Part shown: positions 11,630 through 24,910 of the stretch, in pieces
How positions within the stretch are numbered: position 1 is the stretch's first letter
Layout: each line of letters starts with the position of its first letter
Source of the DNA: Epiperipatus broadwayi
Lineage: Eukaryota; Animalia; Onychophora
Direction of reading: 5' to 3'
DNA length: 64,000 bases
NCBI GenBank assembly: GCA_028023455.1
Contig: JAQFVV010000004.1
Location: 7,874,001-7,938,000 of the forward strand
Position numbers and translations under genes: made by a program
Notes under the pieces: model-generated
Seen by the model: the letters and a program-made list of their open reading frames with translations, nothing else
Told to the model about the DNA's origin: nothing
Database searches by the model: none

Positions 11630-14600
11630 ATGTTAGCTTTAAACATATGTTCTGTTAATGTCAGGGGCCTAAATTCTCGTGACAGAGTTTATGCACTATC
11701 ACACTGGTTTCATAGGCAGGCCCCAGACATCCTTTGCTTATCCGAGACTAAGTTACATGTCCGGACAGATGAGAGAATTATTAAAATAATAGAAGAATAC
11801 GGCATATTTCACTACTCGTATTCTTCCTCAGCAGTCGGTGGAGTGGCCATTATAATAAATAAAAAATCACAGATATCACTATCTAAATTACTGCACATAG
11901 ACGCTAGTTGCCTAATCGCAATTATCCAGTTCCAAGGATGGTATATAAATATTATAAACGTGTACCTGTCTAAGAACCCTGAAATGGTTACTAGAGTAAT
12001 ACATACTATAAATTCAGTATTACGAACAAGCCCATTTCCAATCATTTTGATTGGAGATTTCAACCACACCTACAATCAGTTTCAATCAAAATACATCAAA
12101 TGTATAAATCTCCCAGTAACAAGTGGAAGAAGTTTATTCCCTGAAGATGCCTTCTCCTTTTATACAAAAAAGACGAAGTCTCTCATAGATCTGGTATACT
12201 TCTCAGCTTCTCTGACTTCGACAATAGAAGCCCACCTCTGGCCTACAGTTTTCTCTGACCATCTGGTGCTAGAAGTCAAGGTATATCATGGAGGAAAGAT
12301 GCTTCCAATTACAAATTTACCTCGAACAAAAAGAATGCTGACTAGATACAACATCACAACCCAGCTAATATCAGAGGCCTACATAACATTTCATCATCTT
12401 CAGATACTAACTTTACCAGTGACTGATGCATGGATGAATTTTGTAAACTCACTTGGAGAATTGATCAATAACTGTACATACAAAACAAAAGGCCCGATAA
12501 GAATGATGGGAGAGTTGGACAAAATAGCCAGAGAATTAAAACAATTACCACCAGATGCGCAAAATATACCTAACATATTGTCACTGAAATCTAGACACAA
12601 GTTTGTCCAAAGTGCTATTGCTGAATACCTCTCAATCAAAAGAGCTCAACAATATCTTCACCATCAGCACTGCTGGACTAGAGGATACCTACGATGGGCC
12701 CTTGGTTCAAACAGGAAGTCCAAGGCCCCATGTTCAATAAAAGTGCAAGGATTTAACTACTCTGGAGTTTCCAAGCTAGACAAGATTCGGGAATTTTACT
12801 TCAAGAAATTCCAACCCCTGGGTATGTACAATCTGCGGAAAAAATTTGTGACAAAAGACACCCCCCTTCACAAAATTACCGAAACCAGAATTCTGCAGAG
12901 ACTAGAAGCCTTACCGGATAGTACACACCCTGGCCTACCTGGAATCCCCAAATTCCTGCTACTTCATTTACAGGAATTCACACTTCCAATAATGAAGAGA
13001 ATGGTGGACTATATTGCAGAAGACAGCAGAGAAATTACAGATATCTGTCCAATAGCCATTCCCCTAATAAAAAAAATGGGAAGCCCCACATGACTTTGGA
13101 AAACCTGCATCCTATATCAATGGTACCCCTGATGGTAAAGACCATAGAAGGACTTATAAAGGAAGATATTCAGGAATTAATCATTGGGCAACTCTCAGCT
13201 TATCAATTTGCAAAGAAAGGATGCTCGACTGCCGATGCTGTCAGTCGTTTTCGCCTCATTATAGATCAGGTTCGCAGGAAAAGAATGTCCCGGCCAGTCG
13301 CAGTACAACTGGACTTTGCCGGAGCCTTTGATTGCGTCAGGATAGATGTGCTGCTTAGTGTACTGAAGAATCTCCAAGTGCCCCCAGCTTACCTTCAGAT
13401 GATTGAAAACCTCCTGCAAAACAGGGAGGTTTGTCTCTCATTGGATGGCAGAGTTGCCCCAGGATTTAGGCCCAGTGTTTCCATCCCTCAGGGCTCGCCA
13501 CTAAGTGCACTTCTCTTTGGAGCCTATGTTAACCCATTATTGTTAAGCATCGAGGCTTCCTTTCCTGGAATTGCAATTCCATTGCTGGGAGAAAACATCA
13601 GACACATCACCTATATGGATGATGTGGTGGTGTTCCTCTCATCACAGAGTGAGTTTGCAAGGCTCAAAGAAATCCTAGATCAATTCGCAACGGACACCGG
13701 TCTGCGAATTAATGAAGGCAAATCAACCATGTGGTCAATCCTGACAGGGAAGCAAGTCCCGAGTAGACTGAGAGCATCCCCTCAGAAATTTCTGGGTTTT
13801 CAGTTGTTCGATCCGCCATGAGTCATGAGGAAAAATTTAGAGATCTCACTATTGAACAAAATTGAAAAAACGGTGTCATCATTATCCAAGATATATTTAT
13901 CACTGTTGGGTAAAGTCACATTACTGAACTCAGTAGTCCTTCCCAAAATCATCTACTACCTAGCTGGATTTGCCCCCACAACAAGGTTCATAAAAAAAGT
14001 GGAGACGCTATGCAGAAGACTATGCTGGGGAGGGAAGGCTGCTGTTATTAGTCTAAAACGATTGCAGAAACCAAAACCATTGAATGGTCTGGCACTACAC
14101 TCTATTAAGATATTTCTAATACAAAGAGCACACAACATAATTACCAAATTACTCCATGACAATCCAAAAATGAAATGCCCAATCCCTTTAATAAAGGTCG
14201 AACCAACAGACAGGCCACCCCCAAAACTTAAAAGACTATGGATTCAACAACAAACTACCTTAGTAGGGGAGAGCATTAAAACCTCAAGTACTCTATTTGA
14301 TGCTAAACTCACATATTGGGAAGTCTACCAAGCAGTTTTTCAGGAGAGAAATAAAGCTGTCTGCTTACTCCCCATAGAAATTCCCAGATTTATAAAGCTG
14401 ACAAAGTTTTGGAAGCTAGAACCAAAACATGTGGACTTCTTGATAAAAATAAACCTGGGTGCACTACCTACTGCGGCCTTTCTGTGCCACCAGAGAGGAT
14501 ACAATATTAACATGATCTGCCCCTTATGTAATAAAGATGAGGAGACAATGGACCACATCCTTACTCATTGTGAAGCATGGGAGAACTTCCAAAAAATAAT

Positions 14601-14868
14601 TTTAAAAAGAATGGTCAAACCTGAACAGGCCCAAGTAGCACTAAAGCTGGCCCTGGAAAAGGGCATGTTCGGTACAATAAGACTGGCAACTTTTATAAAC
14701 TTTGCCATCTGGACCATTAGGTGCAAAATAACTTTTCAAAAAGAACTGGACCAACTAGCAGAAGATGTCTTACTCAACCTTCTTAAAAAAACAAAAGAAA
14801 AAGACAAGAGATCATGTATATCCTGGTTGGCTGACGAAACCTGGAGTCAAGTGAATTTAGAACATTGA
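11630..14868 (+). pseudogene. LINE ORF2 (APE endonuclease, reverse transcriptase, C-terminal zinc finger) with one frameshift and one in-frame TGA
   Basis: SVNVRGL, LSETK, IGDFN, IDLVY, SDH (APE); LDFAGAFD, QGSPLS, YMDD (RT); CPLCNKDEETMDHILTHC. Frameshift at A8 13069-13076; TGA at 13819-13821 is in frame with the 13825 ORF. Reconstructed length 1079 codons. Confidence 0.9.
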
Positions 14869-15177
14869 TTAACATGAGTGAGAAAAAACAATTGCTAACA
14901 AATTATCGCAACTTCATCACTGATAGCCACTAGACCATTCCAATGCCAACAAAAAAAAAAAAGGCCAAAATGCAAAGACAGGGGAAAAAAAAAAAACTAC
15001 AGCCTTTGTCTAGAAGTATGATTGTAATGTGAAACCAGAACAATCACAGGCCAACAAAGTATTAAAATCTTTGAAACTATTGTTATCCACAAATGAGAAC
15101 TCAAATGATAACCTTTAATCATTGTAAATAACTTTCATTGTAAACAACTAATGATGAATAAAAGTTTGTTTGAAATG

Positions 15178-15193
15178 AACTTTGTGATAGTTA
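15178..15193. repeat. Right target-site duplication of the Tx1/L1-like element
   Basis: AACTTTGTGATAGTTA, see 8757-8772. Confidence 0.85.
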
Positions 15194-18100
15194 ATCTTAG
15201 TTCATAAATTGAGGACCGTCTTTAATTATAAAAGAAGTCTACTCTTGTGTTTAAAATAGAAAGGAAAGTTGTTTAAAATAAAACACATCTTTAAATATTA
15301 TATAAAAAATATTTTTAAAAAAGCTATTTTTAAAAAAAAAATGCATTTGCCTAAAAGAGAATAATGAAATTTAAATAAATCTATATATTATTATTATTCT
15401 GCGTTTGAACCCGGGATTTTACAAAAATATACTCAGCTGAAGAATTTATTTTCCAATGGCGGCCTATTTTCTTATTTTAATATTTAAAATTATTTTTGAA
15501 GAAAGAAAGTGAAAGTATTTATTTAAAGAACTATTGAACATTTTCGTTTTGGAAATCATTGCCATGTTTTATAAATGTTTTGACTGAAGCTTTGAATACG
15601 GATAGATAAATTAGCCTGAATGAATTATCTACATATTTTAAATAGAAAAACCATTACGGAGCTGAAATATGAACTTGAGTTACTGTATTTTTTTTTTATT
15701 GTTTGTTTTATTGATTTTTTTAAAAAAGGAAACCATAAAAATATTGATGCTATATATTTTGTGTAACACTTTTTGGCATAAATATACAGGTAAACTAGGG
15801 TTATAATTTTAAAACTTAATGGGTTTATTAGAATGAGCAAATATTTTGCCATTCTCAAGTAAATTTATTTTATTTATTAAGCATTACACAAGTTAGTTCT
15901 ATTTGATAATTTCATTTACAGAGAATAAAATATCACAGTATTAGTTTGTTATATATGGGATGATTCACTTAGTTTTATTTTAAACCAGCCAAAGAAGTTT
16001 ATCAGAGAGTATTCATTCATTTGTTTTATGAGTGCTATAACAATAATAACTGCAAATATTTTTATATGCATTGAGAATTAATATTCTTGCATCTAATTTG
16101 CAATTTTTTTTAAAAGTCCACTAGTAATTATATTTTAGTATTGAATATTTTATTATGTGTGCATTGTGCCTTGCCTAGAATTTTATATGCATTTAATTTT
16201 AAAGCATTTCTCATAGTAGTTGTTTGACACAGTTTGCTTTGTTGGTTCGAACATTGAATATATATTTGTATTTTAAACTTCTTAGGAAGAACTTAGTTAA
16301 TTCAGGTGAAGTATATATCTTGCTATTAGTTAGTAATTGTTAGCCTCATAGAGTTAGGCTTAGTTAATGTTTTTGAGTATGCTTTATGGAGTAGACAAGC
16401 TCCTCCATCCTTATTGTATTGTATTTCCATGAATTGATAGTGCTTGTGCCCATAGAGGGTTATTGTATTGTATTTTTCAGTGATAATGATCACATTTATA
16501 AGCATTGGAAATCCCATGAGAGAGGATCGTGCTTTCCTGGTGCATCTTTCCTGTTCTTGGTGCACTGTAGACAAGGTCCAGGCATCTTAGTTTCTGCCTC
16601 AAAGTTAGGTATTTTTGAAAGCCACCACATTCTTTTCCAGCTCTGAGGAGCTTATTATTTTATCCTATCATTCATGATGACTTAATGCTAATTCCACCAC
16701 AGTAGGTGATGTTGCATTTGTTTTAGATTAGTGATGACAAGATATGTGTGTTTGAGGAACTTTGTTTCTTCAGGTAGTAATAGCTATTTTTAATGCTTAT
16801 AGGTATATCAATGTTTGAATTGTGTTGATATGATAGTTTTATCATCCACAAGCTAACCTACAATAAGTTCTATTTATTTTTAAGTATGTTAAATATATGC
16901 ATATGGTATAAGTGGCAATTCACACATACTAATTTTAATATTTTCATCCAGAGTTTCGCTGCTGGATTTGTAAGTCTGTTAAATTTTTTTTAATTTTAAA
17001 ACATCGAGGGTAATAGTTTTATGTAGACTAAATTTATTTAAAAATGTATAACTGATCTCTGATGAGTGAATGCCCCATACATCTAATTTAGTTTAATTTT
17101 AAAATTAGCTTAGTTTGATTTAAATATATCACTAGCTATAATATTAGTTATGTCAGTGTAACTAGTGATGTTATTTTTCAAAAATATGCTGAATATGCTT
17201 ATTCCAGCTTAGCATTTGTTAAGCTCAGGATTATAAAGTTAAGCTTAAGGTTTCAAATACAAACCTAGTTGTGTATGTTATTTTGGTTACTAGATGCCAT
17301 AGTGTTATAAATTATTTTAATTAAAAATCAGAAGTATGCTTATTAAATACAGACATTATAATTACAGTTCAAGATTTTAAAATCTCTAATTGTTTAAAAG
17401 AGATTAAAATTCAGTATTGAATAGCCTTTGCCTGCTATTATGTATAATTATATTAGTTTATTAGTTTATTTATTAGAATAAACAATGTAAAAGATTTTTA
17501 AGAGAGAAACTCAAAAACAGTAGCTAAAGAAGTTGTGTATTCTTGTAAACTAAGTAAAGTTTTTTTTTTAGTCAAAATGCTTGTAATAGGTTCCAGCATT
17601 ATATTGGCAATGCTTGTATTCCATTTAAATTATAAACACTTTCTTACTGTTCTCAATAAATTAAATTATTATTATTTCAAAAAGTTTGTTTTTGTTTGTT
17701 TTACTTTTATATGAAAATATTATTGTCTTGGGTTTCCAGTTCACAAAATCTTAAGTTTCCAAAGTTTATTAAATCTTCAATTCAAAAGTTCACAAATATA
17801 TCATAAAATTAATTAAATATGTTTGATATTGGTTTTAAAATTATAAAGCCATGCTAAAGTAAGTGAGTCTCAAATTGAATCGCAATAACAGATAATTGCA
17901 TTGTATCAGATACTTAGTTAAATGCTTAATTAAAAGTTTATTTTTAAATTATCAGTATATCTTCTCAGATTAAAGATTATGCAATATGAGATTAAGAATA
18001 TTAGTACATCAGAAGAATATTTTATTTACTATTATTTTGAAAGCTGCACATTATCTTATATTAACTGCACATTGTCTATCATTATCTTAAACCTTATATG

Positions 18101-18729
18101 TCTAAAGAATTTTAATCCATCTGCATTTGAGGTCTTGAGTAGGTTGTCTGTGAGTATGGAAAAGTCATAATAAGTATCCTTGCTCTTTTCTTTGCTCGAG
18201 TAATGTCTTGGATAATAGGCCAATATTAATTTAAATTTAAATTGATTCATTAAATCTTTGAATTAATATTTATTTTGTTTATTATTCTAAGATTGAACCA
18301 TATGGTAATTATTTATGGTCAGCCAAGATATCACTCATTTGTTTTTTATTCACCCAGCAATTATTTTATAGGCAATTTAAACTTTAATTTTGCACAAGAG
18401 TTTTAGTTTTAGAATCCCTGAGGTTATTTACTCTTGTCACCTTATTAGATATAATTTAGAAAGATAATTTTTCACAATCAAGGTATCATTTATTTTTATT
18501 CAGAGTGTGTGTGATCTATTGGTAGGCCTATTCTAATAGCTATTAATTAATGATTTTAAATAATCTGTTGTATGGTTTAGTAGTAGATTATTAATATGCC
18601 ATAATGGTTATAGTTGCATTGGTATTGGGTTTGGTATCTATCTGATTGTACATCTCTGAATCACCATCATCTCTTTTCTTAAATTTTATTGTAACCCCAC
18701 TGAGCCGAGTCGTTAAGAGTCTCTCATTT

Positions 18730-19090
18730 CAGTTCTGTTCATATCATTTCTCATCTCTTTTTCACATCTCTTCTATCATCTCATCCATTTTAAATCATTT
18801 CATTTTTCTTCTCCTTCCATCACTCTCCACCACATATCATTTCTATTCCTTTCATTTCTTTTCGTCTTTTCCTCTCTCTTTCATTATCATCTTTCTCTCT
18901 ATAATTCCATTTCTAATTTTTCTTTTCTTTTTCCTTCTTTCCTTTTCCTTTACCCCCCCTCTCTTCTCTCTCATTTTCATTCTCTCTTATTTTCCTTTTC
19001 TCTCTAATTCCATTTCTAATCTCTAATTTTTTCTTTTTCATTTTCTTTCTTTTCCTTCCACCATCCCCTCACCTCTCCTCTTTTCTTTTG
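18730..19090. repeat. Polypyrimidine/polypurine low-complexity tract
   Basis: About 360 nt of mostly C/T on the plus strand with almost no G; internal repeat AATTCCATTTCTAAT. Confidence 0.8.
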
Positions 19091-19293
19091 GTTTCTATAT
19101 ATATATCTTTGACAAATAGAAAGTAATTTAGACCAGGTTGCTAGAATTTTTAAAGTAAAAGCTAATTTATTCCATTTTGATTTAAAAATCTAAAACTTAC
19201 TCCACCTATAATTTTGACATCATCCATTCTAGATAAATACAGTAATGATTATTACTAATCATTTAAATAAAATAATAGTTTTTACTTCATCTT

Positions 19294-19456
19294 TGATTAG
19301 TAATTAATTGAGATTGTGCTTTACGCAAAAAAGTTAAAAGTAGGCTATGATTATGGAGACTCAAGGTCTCCGAAAGCGCTAAGCCATATAACTTTGTAAG
19401 ATTTAGACAAGCTTCACTTTTTTGCGTAAAGTGCAATCTCAATTAATTACTAATCA
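19294..19456. mobile_element. MITE-like element, ~41-bp inverted arms
   Basis: TGATTAGTAATTAATTGAGATTGTGCTTTACGCAAAAAAGT ... ACTTTTTTGCGTAAAGTGCAATCTCAATTAATTACTAATCA; internal GGAGAC/GTCTCC hairpin. Confidence 0.75.
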
Positions 19457-20376
19457 TTTATTAAATTAGAGATTATCTCTAGCTCAGATATAAACTTTAA
19501 GCCTCAGTTAAATATATTTAATTCTTTAATTAAACACACAAACAAGGAATTACTTATATTTCGCTTTCCCATGTGTAATGTTTTGGAGGTCATTTGTCTT
19601 TTATTGCATTTTTATTTATATGATATGAAAAGGAATGTTTGATGACATGGAAGTTCATTAATACATTTATATATATATATTACACATGGGGGAAAATGTG
19701 AATAATGTGTGTGTTTATTAATCTCTCTAATTTAATAAATGATGTCTAGAATGAATAGTGCCAAAATTGTGGGTAAGTAAATTTGATACTTGTTAATCAA
19801 AATATAACTTATTATTGACAAATACTGCACATATGCTATGTATAATATTATAATTCGTTGTCTGTATTTCTTCAAATCAATATACATAATCTTATAATTA
19901 GATATTTATAAATACAGTAATTAGATATATGTAAAGTATGACTTTAAAATTTTTATCCTTAGGAGTGCTTTCAACTATCCTCGTAGTCCTTGTCAACTAA
20001 GACTTTGAAAGGCTAACCTTCCCACAATTCCATGATTTTAACGTTTACTGCCTGTCTATTAATTTTTTGTTTAGGTCTTTGTAATAACACTGGGAAGTAT
20101 AAGAAATAAATAATAGAACTATTGAAACAGATTTTATTAATGAGATAGAAAGAAAAAATAACTAGGGTTAGAGAAATAATTGGCTAATTAGAAAAATGTA
20201 GAGATCTTATTTGGGTACATAAGAAATTAGAGAGAAAGAATATTTATCTTGGCTAATAGGTTTTTGGGAAGCCATCTTATATCCTCTAAAGTACTATCTT
20301 TGAGTTTTTAATGTAATAATTGATACAACTGCCTATATTAAATACATATATAATAATTGTTTAATACCTTAATTAG

Positions 20377-20836
20377 AATAATAATAAAGTTGTGCTAACA
20401 CACATATAACGTAAGGCTATATAAATTAACAAATTAATTGTAGTCAACCCAGAATGGACTTCAGTTGTTTTTGCACAACATCAAAAAGTATCCGGGCACG
20501 AGTTCGAACCCACTTCTGCAAAATTGGTTTGTACTGAGAGGCACGATATTAAACGAAAGGTAAAATAAGCTTACTTCATAGCAAAAGACTCCTTCGCAAT
20601 TAATTGCAAAGAATCATGTTTTGCTATATCCAAAAGATGGGCTAATTGACTCATTTGCATAAAGTTTGCATATTGTACATATATAATGATTCCAATGAGT
20701 GAGTCCTAACAGGCTGTGATTATCAGAAATACACTTTCTCAAAAGCGCTTAGCTATTTTAATTTGTTGATTACAATTAATTTGTTAATTTATATAGCTTT
20801 AGGTTATATGTGTGTTAGCACAACTTTATTATTATT
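20377..20836. mobile_element. MITE-like element, ~70-bp TIRs
   Basis: AATAATAATAAAGTTGTGCTAACACACATATAAC...AATTGTAGTCAA is the reverse complement of 20766-20836; internal GAGTTCGAACCC. Confidence 0.8.
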
Positions 20837-21389
20837 ATAATTTTGAAAAGCATAAAAGCATAAATCTATGATTTATTAGTACCTTAATGTTTATTCAAAT
20901 TATTTAAGTTTATTTTCACATAGCTACTATAGTAGCAAAAGTTTTCTATTAAATTCTTTTTTTTCTGCCTTATAAATTATATCATTGTACACATGACTGT
21001 TTAAGAAATGTATTGATTATTTTTTTTTAAATTACTACATCAAAACTTTTATTAATAGATAATTCAACTTTGAGACAATTATGATCAAATATGTACACAT
21101 GTGGGATGTTAATAAAATGACAAAGTTCATTCTTGAATAAAATCAATAAGAAATTATTATCATATTAAAAATAAAGGTCAACTGGAAATATTGCTTTATA
21201 AAAACTATTTTAATACTAATCCAATATGCTTAATAATACTAAATTTAAAATTAATAATAAGAGCTAGAATTTCTTATACATTCATGATAATGAAAAGATT
21301 ACAATAATAAGTTAATATATATATTTATTTATTTTTAAAATTCTATTTACAGAAACTTCATTATATAAATATATTTTGGTTATTTTTAT

Positions 21390-21795
21390 AAATAGAGGGG
21401 GTTTAAACACAGACTTTCAAGGACCCTTCAACTATCCACACTATCCCATACCACTGATACATAAAACTACACACATGTAGAAAGATAAATAATCACCAAT
21501 ATACATATTTCATGCTGAACCAGCATTCATCAGTTGGTCCAGATTATCATCTTCTACACATATATATACTCAGTGCTCAGTTTTATATTAAGATAGCAAA
21601 TCATCATTGATGGGCTTCAATATACAAAATACATATACTGGCTATTATTTATCTTTACTACATGTGTGTAATCAGGTATATCAGTGGTATGAGATAGTAT
21701 GGATAGTTAAACAGTGCTTGAAAGTCTATGTTCAAATCTCCTATATTTAAAATTAAGCTCCAGGTATATGAAGAATGCACAAATTTCAAATATTA
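21390..21795. repeat. Hammerhead-bearing repeat family A, head-to-head inverted pair
   Basis: 21390-21620 (hammerhead sense on minus) faces 21640-21795 (sense on plus); both match the 43258-45180 and 63444-63850 copies. Confidence 0.85.
21495..21538 (-). ncRNA. Type I hammerhead ribozyme (family A)
   Basis: ACCAA-CTGATGA-ATGCTG-gtt-CAGCAT-GAAA-TA-tg-TATA-TTGGT: intact core, 6-bp stem II, 5-bp stem I, AUA triplet. Pair 10.1-11.1 is A-U rather than G-C. Confidence 0.8.
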
Positions 21796-22865
21796 TTTTT
21801 ATAAAGAAAAAATAAAACTTCAAAATACAACTAATAATTTTAAATATTATACTAATGACTGTGCTAAAATAAATATATATATGTGTCTTAAATAATATTT
21901 TATTCTGATTATATTTTTTTGTAATAATATCCATACAAACAACAGAATTTTTTATCTCCTTCTTTGAAATTATTTACATTCTGTTTATTCTTTGTTTCAT
22001 TCTTTTTTTCCATTTTCTTTTTTAATCTTTCTATATTCAGATCCTTTTGTTAGAGTAAGGCGCAATCATAATGGGCATCTCATGTTATTAATTATTTTTC
22101 CTGCACTAAATATGACAATAAATGTGTGTATTTGTCAAATACATTTCTATTCTTCAATTGCGTACACAGCAATTGTGACTAATATTTTTTTCTATTTTGT
22201 ATTGTACGTAAGTTTACATGAAATTAGAAATATAACTGTTTTTTTTATTTTGGTCTTTCTCTTTTAAAACTTTCTTTTCTGGAATGTTTACATGTGTTTA
22301 ATTCTAATAATTCAATTATATCAGTGATATACCCTGAATATTCCATCAATGACAGAAATATAAAAATAAATATAATTTTTTATTCAAAAATTTATGAAAT
22401 TGTATTCTAAATTTCAAACTGGCATAAAAATTATAAACATTCATTCATATCTATGAAGTAATTGTTAAGTGGAGAAATGTTGTCATAAAATTTCTGAAAA
22501 TATTTTTTGGAATGCATATCATGAATATATAAATATATAGTTGTCTTTTGAGTCAGTAATAGCTTGTACAAGTTTGCAATTGTTTTTTCTGCAACCTGCA
22601 GAACCAGTTTGATGGCTGCTGCACTTTAATAAACCTTGGCTGCAGAATTAACTTCATTTATATAGTGAATTTCCCAATTATTACATAATTTATATATATT
22701 AAGTGATTTACATTTGAGAATAATATAGTTTGTGCAAAAATCAGTCATATTATATAAATAATAAAGGAATAGCAATAGAGTAATTTTCATTATCCCACTC
22801 TTATGTAAGGTAGCAAGTGGTTTCTATCCATTTTTGACACTTTGTTTAGAGATGTAATCATAAAT

Positions 22866-22980
22866 ATATGACCAAAGACATGTAAAGAAATATATGATCC
22901 CTAAGATGAACATTTCATGCTAAACCAGAACTCATCAATTGGCCCAGATGACAATCTCTTACACATAACTTTATCGTTGT
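22866..22980 (-). repeat. Family A fragment with decayed hammerhead
   Basis: Minus strand GCCAA-TTGATGA-GTTCTG-gtt-TAGCAT-GAAA-TGTTCATC-TTAGG. Confidence 0.7.
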
Positions 22981-23479
22981 TCAGCATATATAGATAGATA
23001 ATTACTACAGTTTAATTTATAAGGCTTAAATTTACTGCTCTCATAACTTTGCCCAAACCATTTAATGGAAATATATTAATCATTCATTAGACTAGAAATT
23101 ATCCATCTAATGAATAATATTTTTGTAATATAATTAATAAAAAAAATTATTAATAGCAGTGGAGTTTGAAACTTTTAAAAATGATTATTATTAATCTAAT
23201 TTTAAAAACATTAAATTTTACTATTTAATTTGATATATTTAAACTTTAGGAATTTAAAATCTTAATCTGTTATAGCACAAGTGTTAACTTCCTTGTCTAT
23301 TTTAAGATCAAGAACTAGAGTAAAAGGTGGAAATCCACCTTTTGCTTATAAAGATTGCTTTAACAATGGATTGAAGATTTTCTGTGTAAATAAGCTTGGA
23401 CTCTTAATTAAAAATTTCCTTTGGTCACAGGTTACTAAAACTAGAAAAGTTCATTAATAGTAAATTTACATATAATAAG

Positions 23480-23670
23480 GATTTTAGAAGTGATTTTGAA
23501 CACAGACTTCCAATCTCTCTGTAGCTATCTACACCATTTTATACAATTGATACACATGACCACATATATGTAAAAATGATAAATGATCTACAATATACAT
23601 ATTTCATGCTGAACCAGCACTCATGAGTTGGTCAAGATCACTATCTCCAACACAGATATATAATCAATCA
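23480..23670 (-). repeat. Family A fragment with inactivated hammerhead (23589-23632)
   Basis: ACCAA-CTCATGA-GTGCTG-gtt-CAGCAT-GAAA-TATGTATA-TTGTA; core G5 changed to C. Confidence 0.78.
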
Positions 23671-24448
23671 AATGACATCTAAATCACATTAAGTTCAATA
23701 TAGACAATATACTTGTATTTAAATATTATACAGTAAGGATATAAAAATCATTAAATATATATTTAAAAAAAATAGAATTTAATTGGTACTGCATCTCAAT
23801 ACATACATAATTATATATGTATAATTATAAGTGTATTTTTAATTTTTTAAAACATAACTTTTTTGTCAGTATATAAAAAAGTAAACATTAAATTTTCCAA
23901 CAAAATTAAATTTAAAAAATATAAACATTGCATTTAATTGATAATTAAGAGTTAAAAGTATATACAAACTTCAAATAATTTTATTTCGAGGTTATTCTGC
24001 AATTAAAAAAGAACTGTAATTTTTAAATTAAAAAGATAATAAAAAATTAATATTAAAAAAATGTACAAGAATTTTATTTTTAAATCTCTCTGCATTTAGA
24101 TATGTCTTATTTTTTTAATCATAAATAATAAGCACTTCAACAAAAATTTTAAACTCTCAGGCCATATTCGAGTAATAATTTATCAATAAAATAAACTACA
24201 TGAAGTCAGGGAAATTCTTACATATTTGACACAATTTAATTATTCTCTCACTTCCAAGAATGAATTATTTTAAATCTGGCAAAGCACAGAAAATTTGATT
24301 TATATTTCAGTTTTCATTTAAGTGTGAAAAGCTATTTAAAAGTAGTTCATCCATTTTTTTTAATGGAGATACTGACAGATACTCAGTCTATAAAGAAGTG
24401 ATAAATGAAGTCAATTTATATATATCCATATATAACTGGTTAATTTGT

Positions 24449-24468
24449 ACACACACACACACACACAC
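24449..24468. repeat. (AC)10 microsatellite
   Basis: Direct reading. Confidence 0.95.
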
Positions 24469-24910
24469 AAATACAAAGAGAAACAGAAATAATATCTATT
24501 TTGTTTTCATTATATCTATCTGATTTTAAATATATTTTTTATCGTACTAACACTAGATGTAGTTTCTTATACTTTCATTTCAGTAATATATTTTAATATT
24601 AGTGTAATGATGGATTTATGAAGAATTTGTGAACTTGGTATAATTATGGCTGCATATGATATATTATTGAGTAATCTAAACATTTATAGATGAAATTAAA
24701 TAAAAATTAAACAATGTTTTAAATATTTTATAGTAAATGTAAAACAAATAAGCTATTGTAATTTAATTTCATTGAATAAAATATTATACAGTATTTATTT
24801 GTATATAAACATATATACATTATTTATAATTATTCAATTTAATACTTTTTCTACAATGTAAAACAGAGTAATTATTAATTAATAAATAAAGTTTTACTTC
24901 AATGCTAAAA

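Larger units (their letters stand above)
8773..15177 (+). mobile_element. Full-length Tx1/L1-clade non-LTR retrotransposon
   Basis: 5'UTR, gag-like ORF1 with RRM-like region and CCHC knuckle, APE-RT-zinc finger ORF2, 3'UTR ending AATAAAAGTTTGTTTGAAATG, all bounded by a 16-bp TSD. Confidence 0.92.

Noticed and set aside
16300-16760. GC-richer stretch with Cys-containing partial translations
   Set aside because: No complete zinc-knuckle or other motif in any frame.
17058-17090. CTGATGAG hammerhead-like start
   Set aside because: No stem II and no GAAA. The same applies to CTGATGATAGAAA near 40053 and GAAAATCTGATGA near 63715.
18646-19026. 126-aa Phe/Ser/Leu-rich ORF resembling a membrane protein
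   Set aside because: Translation of the polypyrimidine tract.
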